DNA of 64,000 nucleotides from Enoplolaimus lenunculus. Taxonomy: Eukaryota. Position 1 is the stretch's first letter. Each line of letters starts with the position of its first letter. A model generated the notes under the pieces. It ran no database searches. It was not told where the DNA came from and was given only the letters and a program-made list of their open reading frames with translations. A program made the position numbers and the translations under genes. The stretch covers positions 62,001-126,000 of the forward strand of contig JASANG010002859.1 of assembly GCA_030248215.1 (NCBI GenBank), written 5' to 3'. Of the stretch, positions 1-12,300 are shown in pieces.

Positions 1-390
1 ACCAATGAATGCGCTTCGATTTCGACAGACGCATCGCTTTCTATTACGCCAGGTGCTATACTTTAAGGGTTAACATAGAACTGATCGGATATGTGCCCTA
101 TTGGCAACACCTGCGTGCTTAACGAACCATTAAATGAAACTATTGTATATATTACCTTTATTAATCTCACGTATTTTTTATGAGGATATTTTACCAGGCA
201 AAGCATTCTGTTTCCGCCTTTCAACATTAACCTTTATAAACATTACGGTTGTATTTTTAGCCAGCGAATTTAAAACCTACAACGATGCTAATTACAATAC
301 TGTATAATGTCTGAATCGTTAGCTGAACTAAAAAAGATAATTCATATTCCGCTGTGTCCGCATAATTCAGCGAGACAAAGACCAGGCGAT

Positions 391-592
391 GGCCCATGTA
401 TAGAACAGGGCCGGAACGGTAGTATAAGCATTTTCCTAAGCCTAAGCCTCAGCCTAAACCTAAGCCTAACCGTACGGATGAGCCTATTCCTAAGCCTAAG
501 CCTAAGCCTAAGCAAAAAATTAGTGTAAATCTTAAACTGACTCTATTATAGTCCCTTCGGAAAACAATCCGGCCCTGTTGTATACATGGGCC
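391..592 (+). mobile_element. Telomere-repeat-bearing MITE (family T), representative copy. Others at about 2560-2754, 3007-3261, 3658-3908, 11433-11652, 22392-22591, 26179-26369, 29334-29484, 40570-40733, 49805-49985, 50600-50830, 51013-51240(-), 53535-53724, 55517-55660(-), 56804-56977, 60372-60563, 62017-62209, 62218-62405
   Basis: ~25-bp TIR (GGCCCATGTATAGAACAGGGCCGGA) around internal (GCCTAA)n. Perfect 8-bp TSDs at several copies: caaatcct, aacaatgc, gcattgtt, aatatttt, atagattt. Confidence 0.85.
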
Positions 593-1665
593 GAGGCCAT
601 TATGTTCAAACGATTTGCAATTGTTTACAGTCTTATTTTAACATTTATTAATGGTATTTTAATTAGTACTGTTTTTTATATTTTTTACAAGATAACATTT
701 CTAATAATTTTGAGAACTAAAATATCAAACAAAGGACGTTGTATATAACCGCAGGGTTCAACTTGATACTATTAAACAAATATAGCCAGTTTACGGATTT
801 TTGACTCTGTTTGTCTAATAAGAAAATAACTTATTCTCAAATGTTTGTAGCATCTATTGCCAGTTTGTAATAAAGTTTGTGAACAATAACATCTTTTTCG
901 TTTAAAAATGAAAACGGTTTCTCGATGAAATTGTACCAAATCTCTATATTAAAGCTGTAACGCCCCACAAACGTATTTTGGGCAAATTTCCACCATTACT
1001 TTGTTTTCAAAAATTTCTTAGGAAATACACGTGATTGTTTTTTGTTCCACGAACAGAAATTTGCATGAAAATTTTTGTGCTCTCAGTAACTTTGCGCATT
1101 GCGCAAAGCTGGCGGACTAGTATAGATTAATATAAACGTATGTGCTGAATATTTTAAAAGTGATAGCGGAAACACTTTAAATTAGGAATTTTATTCCGCC
1201 ATCTGGAGTCCACACTATCCTACGATCAATTTGAAATTTTTGCCACAACTCATGCAGGTAACGTAAACTTTAAAACAAAAGCAAAATGCGGTGAATCGAT
1301 GCAATGGTAACTGATTCGAAATTGACAAACATACGTCCGGAAAATCGTTAAAAACTGTACTATACGATTTCATTCTCAGAATTCAGAACTAAAGAATATT
1401 TGTCTCTCATGTCTAAAATTTATCCAATTTCAAAAATATACACTGCAAGAAATGGTGAACCAAATTGACTTTCTCCGAAATAGGCTTTTCTGAACTACAC
1501 AAACTGTCAGTCAAAATTCGACTCCGCCAGAATTAATTTCGACTCAACTGAGCGACTCGGGTGAGTCGAGTTTTCGCACTGGAGGAGTCGAATTTGACTC
1601 AATTTGTGTAGTCCCGAAAAGCCTATTTCCGAGAGGGTCAATTTAGCTCACCAGATTTTGCAGTG

Positions 1666-1995
1666 TACACGGAATTTAACACAATTTGTGTAGTCCCGAA
1701 AAGCCTATTTCCTAGAGAGTCAATTTAGCTCACCAGATTATGCAGCGTACAAGGAATTTGACACAATTTGTGTAGTCCGGAAAAGCCTATTACCGAAAGA
1801 GTCAACTTTAGCTCACCTGATTTTGCAGTGTACAAGGTATTTGACACATATTGTGTAGTCCGGAAAAGCCTATTTCCGAGAGGGTCAATTTAGCTCGCCA
1901 GATTTTGCAGTGTACACGGAATTTGACACATATTGTGTAGTCCGGAAAAGCATATTTCAGAGAGAGTCAATTTAGCTCACCAGGTTTTGCAGTGC
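1666..1995. repeat. Four tandem ~83-bp copies of the right arm of a family C MITE
   Basis: Repeated tgtgtagtcc(c/g)gaaaagcctatt...ttttgcagtg directly after the 1441-1665 copy. Confidence 0.85.
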
Positions 1996-4376
1996 ACAAG
2001 AAGGTTTCGGGGATATATCCTTGCAGAACTCCTGTGGCTGTCGTAAAACTTTGTGCAATGTACATGATTGAACATTCAGAAACATACATGAAAAAATGTT
2101 AAAACCGCAATCACTGACACAAACCTTCTATGAGATATTTTGCTAAAAACTTAGGCTTGCCTCTTAAGTAAGAATTAGGCAACATTTTTTTGAGAAACCT
2201 AACAGTACAAAGCATATTTCTACACCTAAGCTAAAACCTAAACCTAAGTCTGAGTGTTAGAGTATATACTCGTCAAAATTTCTCACGAGACAGTATACAA
2301 ACGTTCGACACTTTGACACGTCTCATCCTACTGATTGCTAACGGTCAAACATTATTTTTGCTAGCTTAAGCCCTTCAACCATGAACAATTGAACATAGTG
2401 ATACCCTTCCGAAATGAAGTATATGGCTATTTGGATGGCTAACTCTAACTGCCACCGAAACGTAATGTGCATCTTCATTTATCATTATTTTTTTTGTATT
2501 TTAGTCTCAGTGGTATTTGATATCGTTCTATACGAAAAAATAGCTTTGTTACAAATCCTGGCTAATGTAAAGAACACGGGCGGAACAGTATTATAAGCAT
2601 ATTCTTAAGCCTAAGCCTAAGCCTAAGCGTAAGAATGAGCATATTCCTAAGTCTAAGCTTAAGTTTAAGCCTAGCAAAAAATTAGTCTAAAGCTTAAACT
2701 TATTCTATTGCAGTCCCACAGAAAAACGTTCCGCCCCTGATCTTAACATGGACCCAAATCCTAAACAATTAAATATATGATTTTTTTCATTGGTTTTTAC
2801 TGGTTATTTGATGTCTGGTTTAGGCAACCAGAGATTAATGAAGATTGTTTCAGTTCAGAATCGTTTTGTTGGAGTTGGCATCGGCAAACTGTTTGCAACA
2901 GGAATGTAACCATTATTTCGTTCTACGAGTGCATAACCTTAATTTAAAATTTTATTTGTGAACAAAAGTTTGCGAACAAGACCATTTTTGATGCCTTACG
3001 AATCCCGGCCCATGTATATATAACAGGGCCGGAACAGTAGTATAAGCATATTCCTAAGCCTAAGCCTAAGCCTAAGCCTAAGCCTAACCGTATGGATGAG
3101 CCTAATGCCTAAGCCTAAGCCTAAGCCTAAGCCTAAATGTGTGGATGAGCCTATTCCTAAACCTAAGCCTAAGCATAAGCCAAAAAAATTAGTCTAAAGC
3201 TTAAACTGACTCTATTATAGCGCCTCCAGAAAACGATCCGGCCCTGCTCTATACATGGGCCCGAATCTCTAACATTTACTATCTTCTATCGCTTATATTT
3301 TCGTTTAGGAGATAAGTTATATTTGCCAGCTTACCGCAACCAGGAAATCGTACTGGAAGCAAGAACAAATTTGAAAAGGTCAAAAATGGTTTTGCTAACC
3401 TTTAGTAAGTAACCACTATCGAGCTTGTGTTAATCAAATATTATACTGATCACGTTTCACTGGTATCAGGATTCAGTTGAAACTGACTGACAAATAAAGT
3501 CGAAATCTACAATTTGAACCGGCAAAACTCACACACTGTTTTGTTGGTTTTTGTGATTTATTCGTTACTTTTTATGTAATAATTTGATCTATTTTTTAAT
3601 TAGGCTTTGGCAGGCATGCTTTTAATTCTGAGTATTATTGATGTTTTCTCAAGTCCGGGCCAATGTAAAAACAGGGTCGGAACAGTGATATAAGCATATT
3701 CCTAAGCCTAAGCCTAAACCTAAGAGTAAGGGTAAGCGTAAGAATGAGCATAAGCCTAAGCCTAAGCCTAAGCGTAAGAATGAGCATAATCCTGAGCGTA
3801 AGCCTAAGCCTAAGCCTAAAGTCAAGCAAAAAAAATTAGTCTAAAGCTTAAGCTTTACTCTATTGCAGTCCCGCAGAAAAATGTTCCGCCCTGAGCTTTA
3901 CTTGGGCCTTTTAAGCGGATAGAGTCCATAAGCCCTGTGTCAATTGTCCCTAATTATATTGCATAAATAACTCCAAGCCCAAAAGAATTTGATTTCGAAA
4001 CTTTAAAGCATACATAAGTTTCGAAAGTACATTCGTAAGTATAACCTTGTATTATCGCTCAAGCTTTTGATACAAGACAATCGTTTATTCAACAGATAAC
4101 TACAGTTTCGGATAATATATCAGTAACGAAGGTTTGCGGAGCGTGTGTTGAGAGACCAAATAAATATCTGTCCCCCTTCTCATTCCGGTCACTACAGTAT
4201 GCTACTTACTTTTAGGGCACCACGTTTTTATCCGCTGGTCAGCAATAGAGTAAGCATGACATTGAACTTATAATGACGCTTAGGTTAAGACTTGGATTCC
4301 GGCTTTTCCTTATGCTAAGGCGTCTAAGTATTGTATTGTTTTGGAATAGGCTTGTGCAAATTTTTCTCTATTTTAA

Positions 4377-4639
4377 CCCCTTCTCACATTGAGTTGCCTG
4401 TAGGCAGCTCAGCGCAGTGTATATACGTTAAATAGTATATATCGCACCGTGTTTAACAATTGCAACACGTATACATAGTGCTAAATCACTACAAGACGTG
4501 AGAGCCCCCTCGGGCTCGAGCATCAAGCTCCTATAGCTGAGTGGTGATGGTATACGCCTCCCACTCCAATCACTGGAGTTCGAATCCTAGCATAAAAGTA
4601 GGTCTAACGGAAAATAGAAAATATTCATGTGAGAAAGGG
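4377..4639 (+). mobile_element. piggyBac-type MITE (family P, ~263 bp) with an internal tRNA-like A/B box; representative copy
   Basis: Structure TTAA-CCCCTTCTCACAT...ATGTGAGAAAGGG-TTAA. A box TAGCTGAGTGG at 4534-4544; B box GAGTTCGAATCC at 4576-4587. Confidence 0.85.
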
Positions 4640-5149
4640 TTAAAACGTGTAAAATTTAAGTATGTCGACCGTAAACAGTGTAAAAGCCCAAGTTGTCTTA
4701 GTTTCTATATAAACTATCACGTTAATGTATTGGCTGGTAAATGTTGCGGTCAACGAATTTGCCATGAGCGAAACTCCTGACGATTTTGAATTTTCACTTT
4801 ATCGGCCTACTTTTTCAATAGCCAAAGTTCAATTTTTTAAATTTTTTCTTACTTTGTTTTCAATGCATAAAACCGAAATATGCTTATTTCACTTGATAAT
4901 GACATACAAGCAACCCAAATATTGCGGCGCCATTCAAATTGTCTGACTTGCGTAAATCTGGGTTAAAGTCAGAAATATCAAAATATATTACCTAATTATT
5001 TTTTTGCGCAAGGACCATGAGTCATTTTTGGTATTTGACGTATGTGAATTTATACAAGAATTTTTTGGCCAAATATGCTATAATTATTAGCTTTTATGGT
5101 TGGGTTGGCGTTTCATATTTCGGAGCAGTTCGTATAAATAATAGTTTAA

Positions 5150-5412
5150 CCCTTTCTCACATGAATATTTTCTATTTCATCTGAGACCTACATTCATGCT
5201 AGGATTCGTACTCCAAGGACTGGAGAGGGAGGCGTTTACCATTACCACTCAGCTATAGGATCTTGACACTCGAGCCCGATGGGGCTGTCAAGTCTTGTGG
5301 TGATTTAGTACTATGTATATCTAGCGCAGTTGTTCAACACTGTGCATTATATATTATTTAACGTATATACACTGCGCTGAGTTGCCCATGGTCAACTCTA
5401 TGTGAGAAGGGG
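5150..5412 (-). mobile_element. Family P MITE, inverted relative to the 4377 copy
   Basis: TTAA flanks at 5146 and 5413; reverse-complement match to 4377-4639. Confidence 0.85.
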
Positions 5413-6333
5413 TTAATACTGATTTTTGGCCTGACCAATTTGGCATTGGCCATTGTAAAGTTTCATCAGTTATTAAGCAGTTTTTGATGTAACAGAGCAG
5501 TAGAAAATATTTGTAACCATTTCATGAATGCATTTTTGCACAATTTCGATTTGGTTTCCAAACAGAACCGCACTGCAAAAAAACATGAGTCAATTGGACT
5601 CTCTCCGAAATAGGCTTTTCCGGACTACACAAACTAAGTCAAATTCGACTCCACCAGAGTCAAAATCGACTCATCGAGGGACCCAGTCAGTCGAATTTGA
5701 CTCTGGCGGAGTCGAATTCTGACTCAGTTTGTGTAGTCAGGAAAAGCCTATTTCTGACAGAGTCAATTTGTCTCACCATTTTTTACAGTGTAGTGAACTG
5801 TATATATGTTTTGATATACTTTCTTTTATAATACACCTAATCTATTGAATTAAAGCTGTAGGTATCTTTCACCTCGTTGAAATCAAAACATTCAATATTA
5901 TTCAAATTTGACGAATTAAATATATATTTACGATATAATTTGGTTTAGGAAATTCCTACAAGCATATACTGGTACCAATATAGTGTAAATATGCGTTTAA
6001 ATTAATACCTGAGGCACAATTTATCGGAAACGTTCATCCAACTTTCTTCGAACAAGCATAGTTTGTTATGGTGTCGTCTGAGAACGGAGTTGAAATCACC
6101 AGTGTGCGTCAATTTCTCACAAAGATTTTTTTGGCTTCAATTCGAACTCATACGGGATTAAATGATAATCGGCGGTCGAATTTACCAACAAATACTGTTT
6201 CAGCTTTGTTTCATAAAATATAATTTCTTATAATCTCATATTAAACAGAGTTAAAAAAGTCAGTTGCGCGTCAGCTCATATCCCACCGTTCCTACTACAT
6301 TTTTCGCTGTAATGGTTTTTACATTTTGTTTGA

Positions 6334-9300
6334 ATGTCCAGTGACTGTTTGAGTAGTGCCCACGGTTCGTCAATGAGCAAAGACTGTACTGCGACTAATA
6401 GCGATTCATCGCGTTTCAATGAAAGTTTCTTTCAACGGACTACAATTCATGGCGTCTCCGACTTGGGAACGGCGAATACGACGTGGGAAAAAGTTATGTG
6501 GGTCGTGTTGTTGTTAGCTGCAGTCGGTAAGTGTAACGCACTATTTTCGACGATCATAGCAACAATTTTAACAATGAGCTGAATTGTCTGCGTTTGTAAT
6601 AACGGGCGCCTACGGGTCCGTAGCAACAGGAGGCCAACGAGGGGGCGTTCAGCCCCCCCACCTCATAATTTTCATACCAACCGTGCGTAGATCGACATTG
6701 AGATGACATTTCAGTAAGCGTAAATAAAGACTACTAACTTCAGTTCAAACTCCACTGGAAACAAAATCATGGCGTTGTGTTTGTGAACCACTTGTGCCAT
6801 CGAACTCTTTCCACACAGAACGATGCGCACCATTCGGATGCTGGTGAATGCACTGCGTAAAGACAAACGGATCCCATATTATTAAAACTGGTAAATGTTT
6901 ATAAGTTTTTAGGTATGGCGTGTTTTCAAAGCTACGAAACGTTTGTCAATTATATCGCAAAACAAACTGGTACAAGATTTATTACTGCGGACCGCAGCGC
7001 GCCCCAGTCGATGGCTGAATTGGTGCGATTTGTTTACTGTCCTCAGGTGAGTATGGTTTAGTTGAACGTATCCTTATTGTAATAATCATAAAATGACGGC
7101 TATGCAACTTTTTAAGCAACTTTAACTCTTTTTACATGAATATTTTCAATTTCATATGAGATGTAATTTCAAGGCAAGATTCGATCCCCAGTGTCACGGG
7201 TGAGAGGCGTTTACGATGACCACTGCGCTATAGGAGCTTGACGCTCGAGATATTTTCAATTTTATATGAGCTGTAATTTCAAGATACAATTCGATAGTCA
7301 GTCTCACGGGCGGGACGCGTTTACGATGACCACTGAGCCGTAGGAGCTTGACGCTTGAGCCCGTTGGGGCTCTTTCACGTCCTGTGGAAATTTTACACTG
7401 CGCATATACGTTAGAATTACTAAGCACTGCTCACAGTGTGTGTATTGCTCGTACATTATTGTATTTAGTTGCTCATAGTATACTCTATAAGTGAAAGGGT
7501 TAACTTTTTTCCACAAAGCATTTCGTTGAACCGGCTAAACCAGTCACTTCAGCTTGATTCTTTACAGCGACTGAGGAGTGGTGCCTAACAATCTAAGGGT
7601 GGTTCGTCGGGTATAACCGATGGAAAGTATCATTTGCGTTCGACGACTAGGGACTCGCTATACTTTTTAGTGCCGCTCAGAAAGCTGACATCCGTTGTGC
7701 CACGGCGCCGTGCGTCATAAAAGCAAATTTTAGATATTGCGTGCAGAAGCGAAACATAAATCAGGCATCTTTCGGTACGCTTACAGCTTAAAAGACACAT
7801 TTTTAAAATACAGCAAAACGTACCACCAAAATGTATGGGAGGTTCGTTAATATAGGCACTATTTTAGAGGATTTTCAATTACTGTTGTGACCCGAATAAG
7901 AGGGAGATAATAAGAGGGGGTCCCCATTTTGGGCCCCAATCAATAGGATTCCGTATCCCTAACAAGAGTCCGTAACGGATAGAATCTCTAAACCCTAATT
8001 AGAGTCCATAAATGTTAATTATCCCTAAGTGTAGTGCATAAATGATTCCTGGACTAAATAATTTGACATTGAATCTTTAAAGCGTACACTTCCTGTGCCT
8101 CCTATGTTGCTCAAAGACATTTCTTCGCACGCTAAAACCGTTCGCAAAATTTGTTACATGACGAAGATTCAACCTTTGAAAATCGAATCCAAATTTGCCC
8201 TTCTTCAGTTTCAGTGAACTAATTTATGCAACAAACGTTTTAACTGGTCTCGATGGAAAAGAAAGGTATATTAATGCAATTTCCACAATATCATGCGTAC
8301 ACCAGATGACTTTTCAATGGGTAGTGCTTCTGCATACTGATGCCTTTGGTTTCAGTGCACTTGCACACTGGTTTTATAAAACATGTACGAAAAATCGTTT
8401 CAGAACTGGCTGTCAATGGAAAAAGTAGAAGAAAGTGGTATCGACAAAGTATTCTTGTTGTACACACTCAGCTTAATTCCATATTCGGACGGCTGGGCGA
8501 TGGTATCCTTATATCGTAATATGACCGCTTACGATCGCATTCGTGTCAGCTATCACGGGTTATTGCCGAAACGCTACGAAAACGCCAACGGTGACGTTAC
8601 ATACGGCGGATTTACTGAACAATTTTTAGCAAAAGATTTCAATTTCATTAAAATGTCACCGGCTGATATGTGGCATAAAGTTAGTTCAATTTGACAGCGG
8701 TTCCACTTGAAATTTTTTAATAGTCGATGGAGTAAGGAAATTGTTAGCATGGGGCAAATAAATGAGCCAATGTATAGAACAGGGCCGGAACAGTAGTATA
8801 AGCATATTCCTAAGCCTAGAACAGGGCCAGAACACTAGTATAGGCATATTCCTAAGCCTAGAACAGGGCCAGAACACTAGTATAGGCATATTCCTAAGCC
8901 TAGAACAGGGCCGGAACACAAGTATAAGCATATTCCTAAGCCTAGAACAGGGCCAGAACAATAGTATAGGCATATTCCTAAGCCTAGAACAGGGCCAGAA
9001 CACTAGTATAGGCATATTCGTAAGCCTAGAACAGGGCCGGAACAGTAGTATAAGCATATTCCTAAGCCTAGAACAGGGCCAGAACAATAGTATAGGCATA
9101 TTCCTAAGCCTAGAACAGGGCCGGAACACAAGTATAAGCATATTCCTAAGCCTAGAACAGGGCCAGAACACTAGTATAGGCATATTCCTAAGCCTAGAAC
9201 AGGGCCAGAACACTAGTATAGGCATATTCCTAAGCCTAGAACAGGGCCGGAACAGCAGTATAAGCATATTCCTAAGCCTAGAACAGGGCCAGAACAGTAG

Positions 9301-12300
9301 TATAGGCATATTCCTAAGCCTAGAACAGGGCCAGAACACTAGTGTAGGCATATTCCTAAGCCTAGAACAGGGCCGAAACAGTAGTATAAGCATATTCCTA
9401 AGCCTAAAACAGGGCCAGAACACTAGTATAGGCATATTCCTAAGCCTAGAACAGGGTCGGAACAGTAGTATAAGCATATTCCTAAGCCTAGAACAGGGCC
9501 GGAACACAAGTATAAGCATATTCCTAAGCCTAGAACAGGGCCAGAACACTAGTATAGGCATATTCCTAAGCCTAGAATAGGGCCGGAACACAAGTATAAG
9601 CATATTCCTAAGCCTAGAACAGGGCCAGAACACTAGTATAGGCATATTCCTAAGCCTAGAACAGGGTCAGAACACTAGTATAGGCATATTCCTAAGCTTA
9701 GAACAGGGCCGGAACACAAGTATAAGCATATTCGTAAGCCTAGAACAGGGCCAGAACACTAGTATAGGCATATTCCTAAGCCTAGAATAGGGCCGGAACA
9801 CAAGTATAAGCATATTCCTAAGCCTAGAACAGGGCCAGAACACTAGTATAGGCATATTCCTAAGCCTAGAACAGGGTCAGAACACTAGTATAGGCATATT
9901 CCTAAGCCTAGAACAGGGCCGGAACAGTAGTATAAGCATATTCGTAAGCCTAGAACAGGGCCAGAACACTAGTATAGGCATATTCCTAAGCCTAGAACAG
10001 GGCCGGAACACAAGTATAAGCATATTCCTAAGCCTAAGCCTAAACCTAAGCAAAAAAATTAGTCTAAAGCTTAAACTGACTCTATTATTAGCCCCTCCGG
10101 AAAACGATCCGGCCCTGTTCTATACATGGGCCACAAAATGTGTATTTGAATTTAAAATTTATTTTGACAAAAAATTCTCAGCTATTAAAAGAGGTATAAC
10201 TTGAAACATTGGATTGTAGCAAAACTGAAATCGTCGGTGCGATTTTTATAAACATTCCTACCACAGAAACTTTGCAAATCGATACACCTTTGACGCATAG
10301 GAACACTGGTATTTGGTTTAGAGCGCTATTTTAACCCTGCTGTATTGACCCGAATAAGAGGGGTGGTAATAAGAGGGGGTTTCCCATTTTGAGTCCCGAT
10401 CAATAGGAGTCTGTATCCCTAATAAGAGTCAGCAAGCGGATAGAGTCCCCAAAACCCTAATTAGAGTCCATAAATGACAATTATCCCTAATTGTAGTGTA
10501 TAAATAACTCCAGGACCAAATAACGTTGAGGTTGAAACTTAAAGCGTATTTAAGTTTTGAAATAATATTCCAAAGTATATCCTTGCATTACGCTCAAGCT
10601 AACGGATAGTTGCAACACCGAATATACAGTGGCGGATCCAGGATCTCAAAATGGGGGGGGGGCAAAATTTCACAGGAAATAAATTTATTTTTGACCCATA
10701 GTGTAGTGACCCAAATAAGGGGGGTCCCCAATTGAGTCCCAATTAATAGGAGTCCGTATCCCTAATAAGAATCCGTAAGCTGGTAGAGTCCTTAAACCCT
10801 TGTTTAGAGTCCACAAATGTCTATTATCCCTAATTGTAGCGCATAAATGACTCCAGGGCCAAGAAACTTTAAGGCGTGGTTATACTATTGTGTATAAAAC
10901 AGAGAAATAAATAGCGTAGAACAGCAATTGACACTATACTAGAATGAAAAGTGCCCCGATGTGGCCACAGAAAACGATATGTTTCGGTAGTAAGATTTTT
11001 AGTTCAATACCGCTAGTATTACAATTTCCATGCATGCGTATAAAGTTTAAAAACTAGATTAATTTGATGCCAATCAGCGTCCTCCCGAAACACGACACAA
11101 CAATACTATAGAATTAATAAAAGTTAAGTCATTGAGTTTGATTGACTGCGTAACGGAAACATATCCGCAACTTTCTCTGACAGCGGCCAAATAGACATGT
11201 GATCCACTGTTTCGGAATACTAAAACAAGAAATAAATACTAGAATATAAATGACGAATTATGGTTGATGTAAAAAGTTTGAGTACACACTCGTGACATTA
11301 GTTTCTTGCACTTAGTACACTGAAGTTTCGAATATATGCAGAAAAATTTTGGGTTTCAAAAAGAATATATAAGTAGAAATTAAGCGTAAAATGCTGGTGA
11401 CCCAATATTAAAAACGTGTTTGTTCGTCAATTGGCTCAATGTAAAGAACAGGAGCGGATCAGTATTATAAGCATATTCCTAATCCTAAGCCTAAGCATAA
11501 GCGTTAGCATGAGCATATTCCTAAGCCTAAACCTAAGCGTAAGAATGAGCATAATCCTAAGCCTAAGCCAAGCAAAAAATTAATCTAAACCTTAAGCTTA
11601 TTCCATTCTAGTCCCGCAGAAAAACGTTCCGCCCCTGATCTTTAAATTGGTCGTCATTGGAATACAACGCAGATTTCGTCAGCAAAGTTGCAAATATTGT
11701 TTCGCTACGTACTCACTCAAATATTTTAATGTTTTAAAAGTTTAAAATCTGGGTACCGTTTAGCCAAGTATGGAGAGGGTACTGTACGGTACAAAATTTA
11801 TGCAGCTCCAAAACTTGATGCGTTATCGTTTTCTATAGCCTCGTCAGGACACTTTACTATCTATTGTGATTTTTCTCCGAAAAAGTTGCGGATATGTTTC
11901 CGTTACGCAGTCAATCAAACTCAATGATTTAACTTTTATTAATTCTATAGTATTGTTGTGTCGTGTTTCGGGAGGACGCTGATTGGCATCAAATTAATCT
12001 AGTTTTTAAACTTTATACGCATGCATGGAAATTGTAATACTAGCGGTATTGAACTAAAAATCTTACTATCGAAACATATCGTTTTCTATGGCCACATCGG
12101 GGCACTTTTCATTCTAGTTTCTAAGCTTTAGGAAGAAATTTGATGTAAATTTACCTTAAGTGCGAAAAAGTCAAATTTAAAGTCATATATACTCACGTTA
12201 TAATTGTTTTAGAACTGTTAAGCTATATTTCCATGAAAATTAAAAGCTACATTTTCACAATCACAAAAGTCGCGCTTTCCTAATTTCATTTTTATTTATT

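Noticed and set aside
307..528. LSLSLS / LRLRLR ORFs (also at 3635, 29284, 29369)
   Set aside because: They are translations of GCCTAA repeats in family T MITEs.
4527..4600. Functional tRNA genes within family P or at 30761
   Set aside because: The acceptor and/or anticodon stems do not pair, so these are tRNA-derived only.
8686..9855. Long ORFs of 319, 272 and 62 aa with 14-aa repeats
   Set aside because: They are translations of the 42-bp minisatellite, open on both strands, and lie inside an intron.
8775..10034. CRISPR-like regular array
   Set aside because: The units are contiguous with no unique spacers, the context is eukaryotic, and there are no cas genes.
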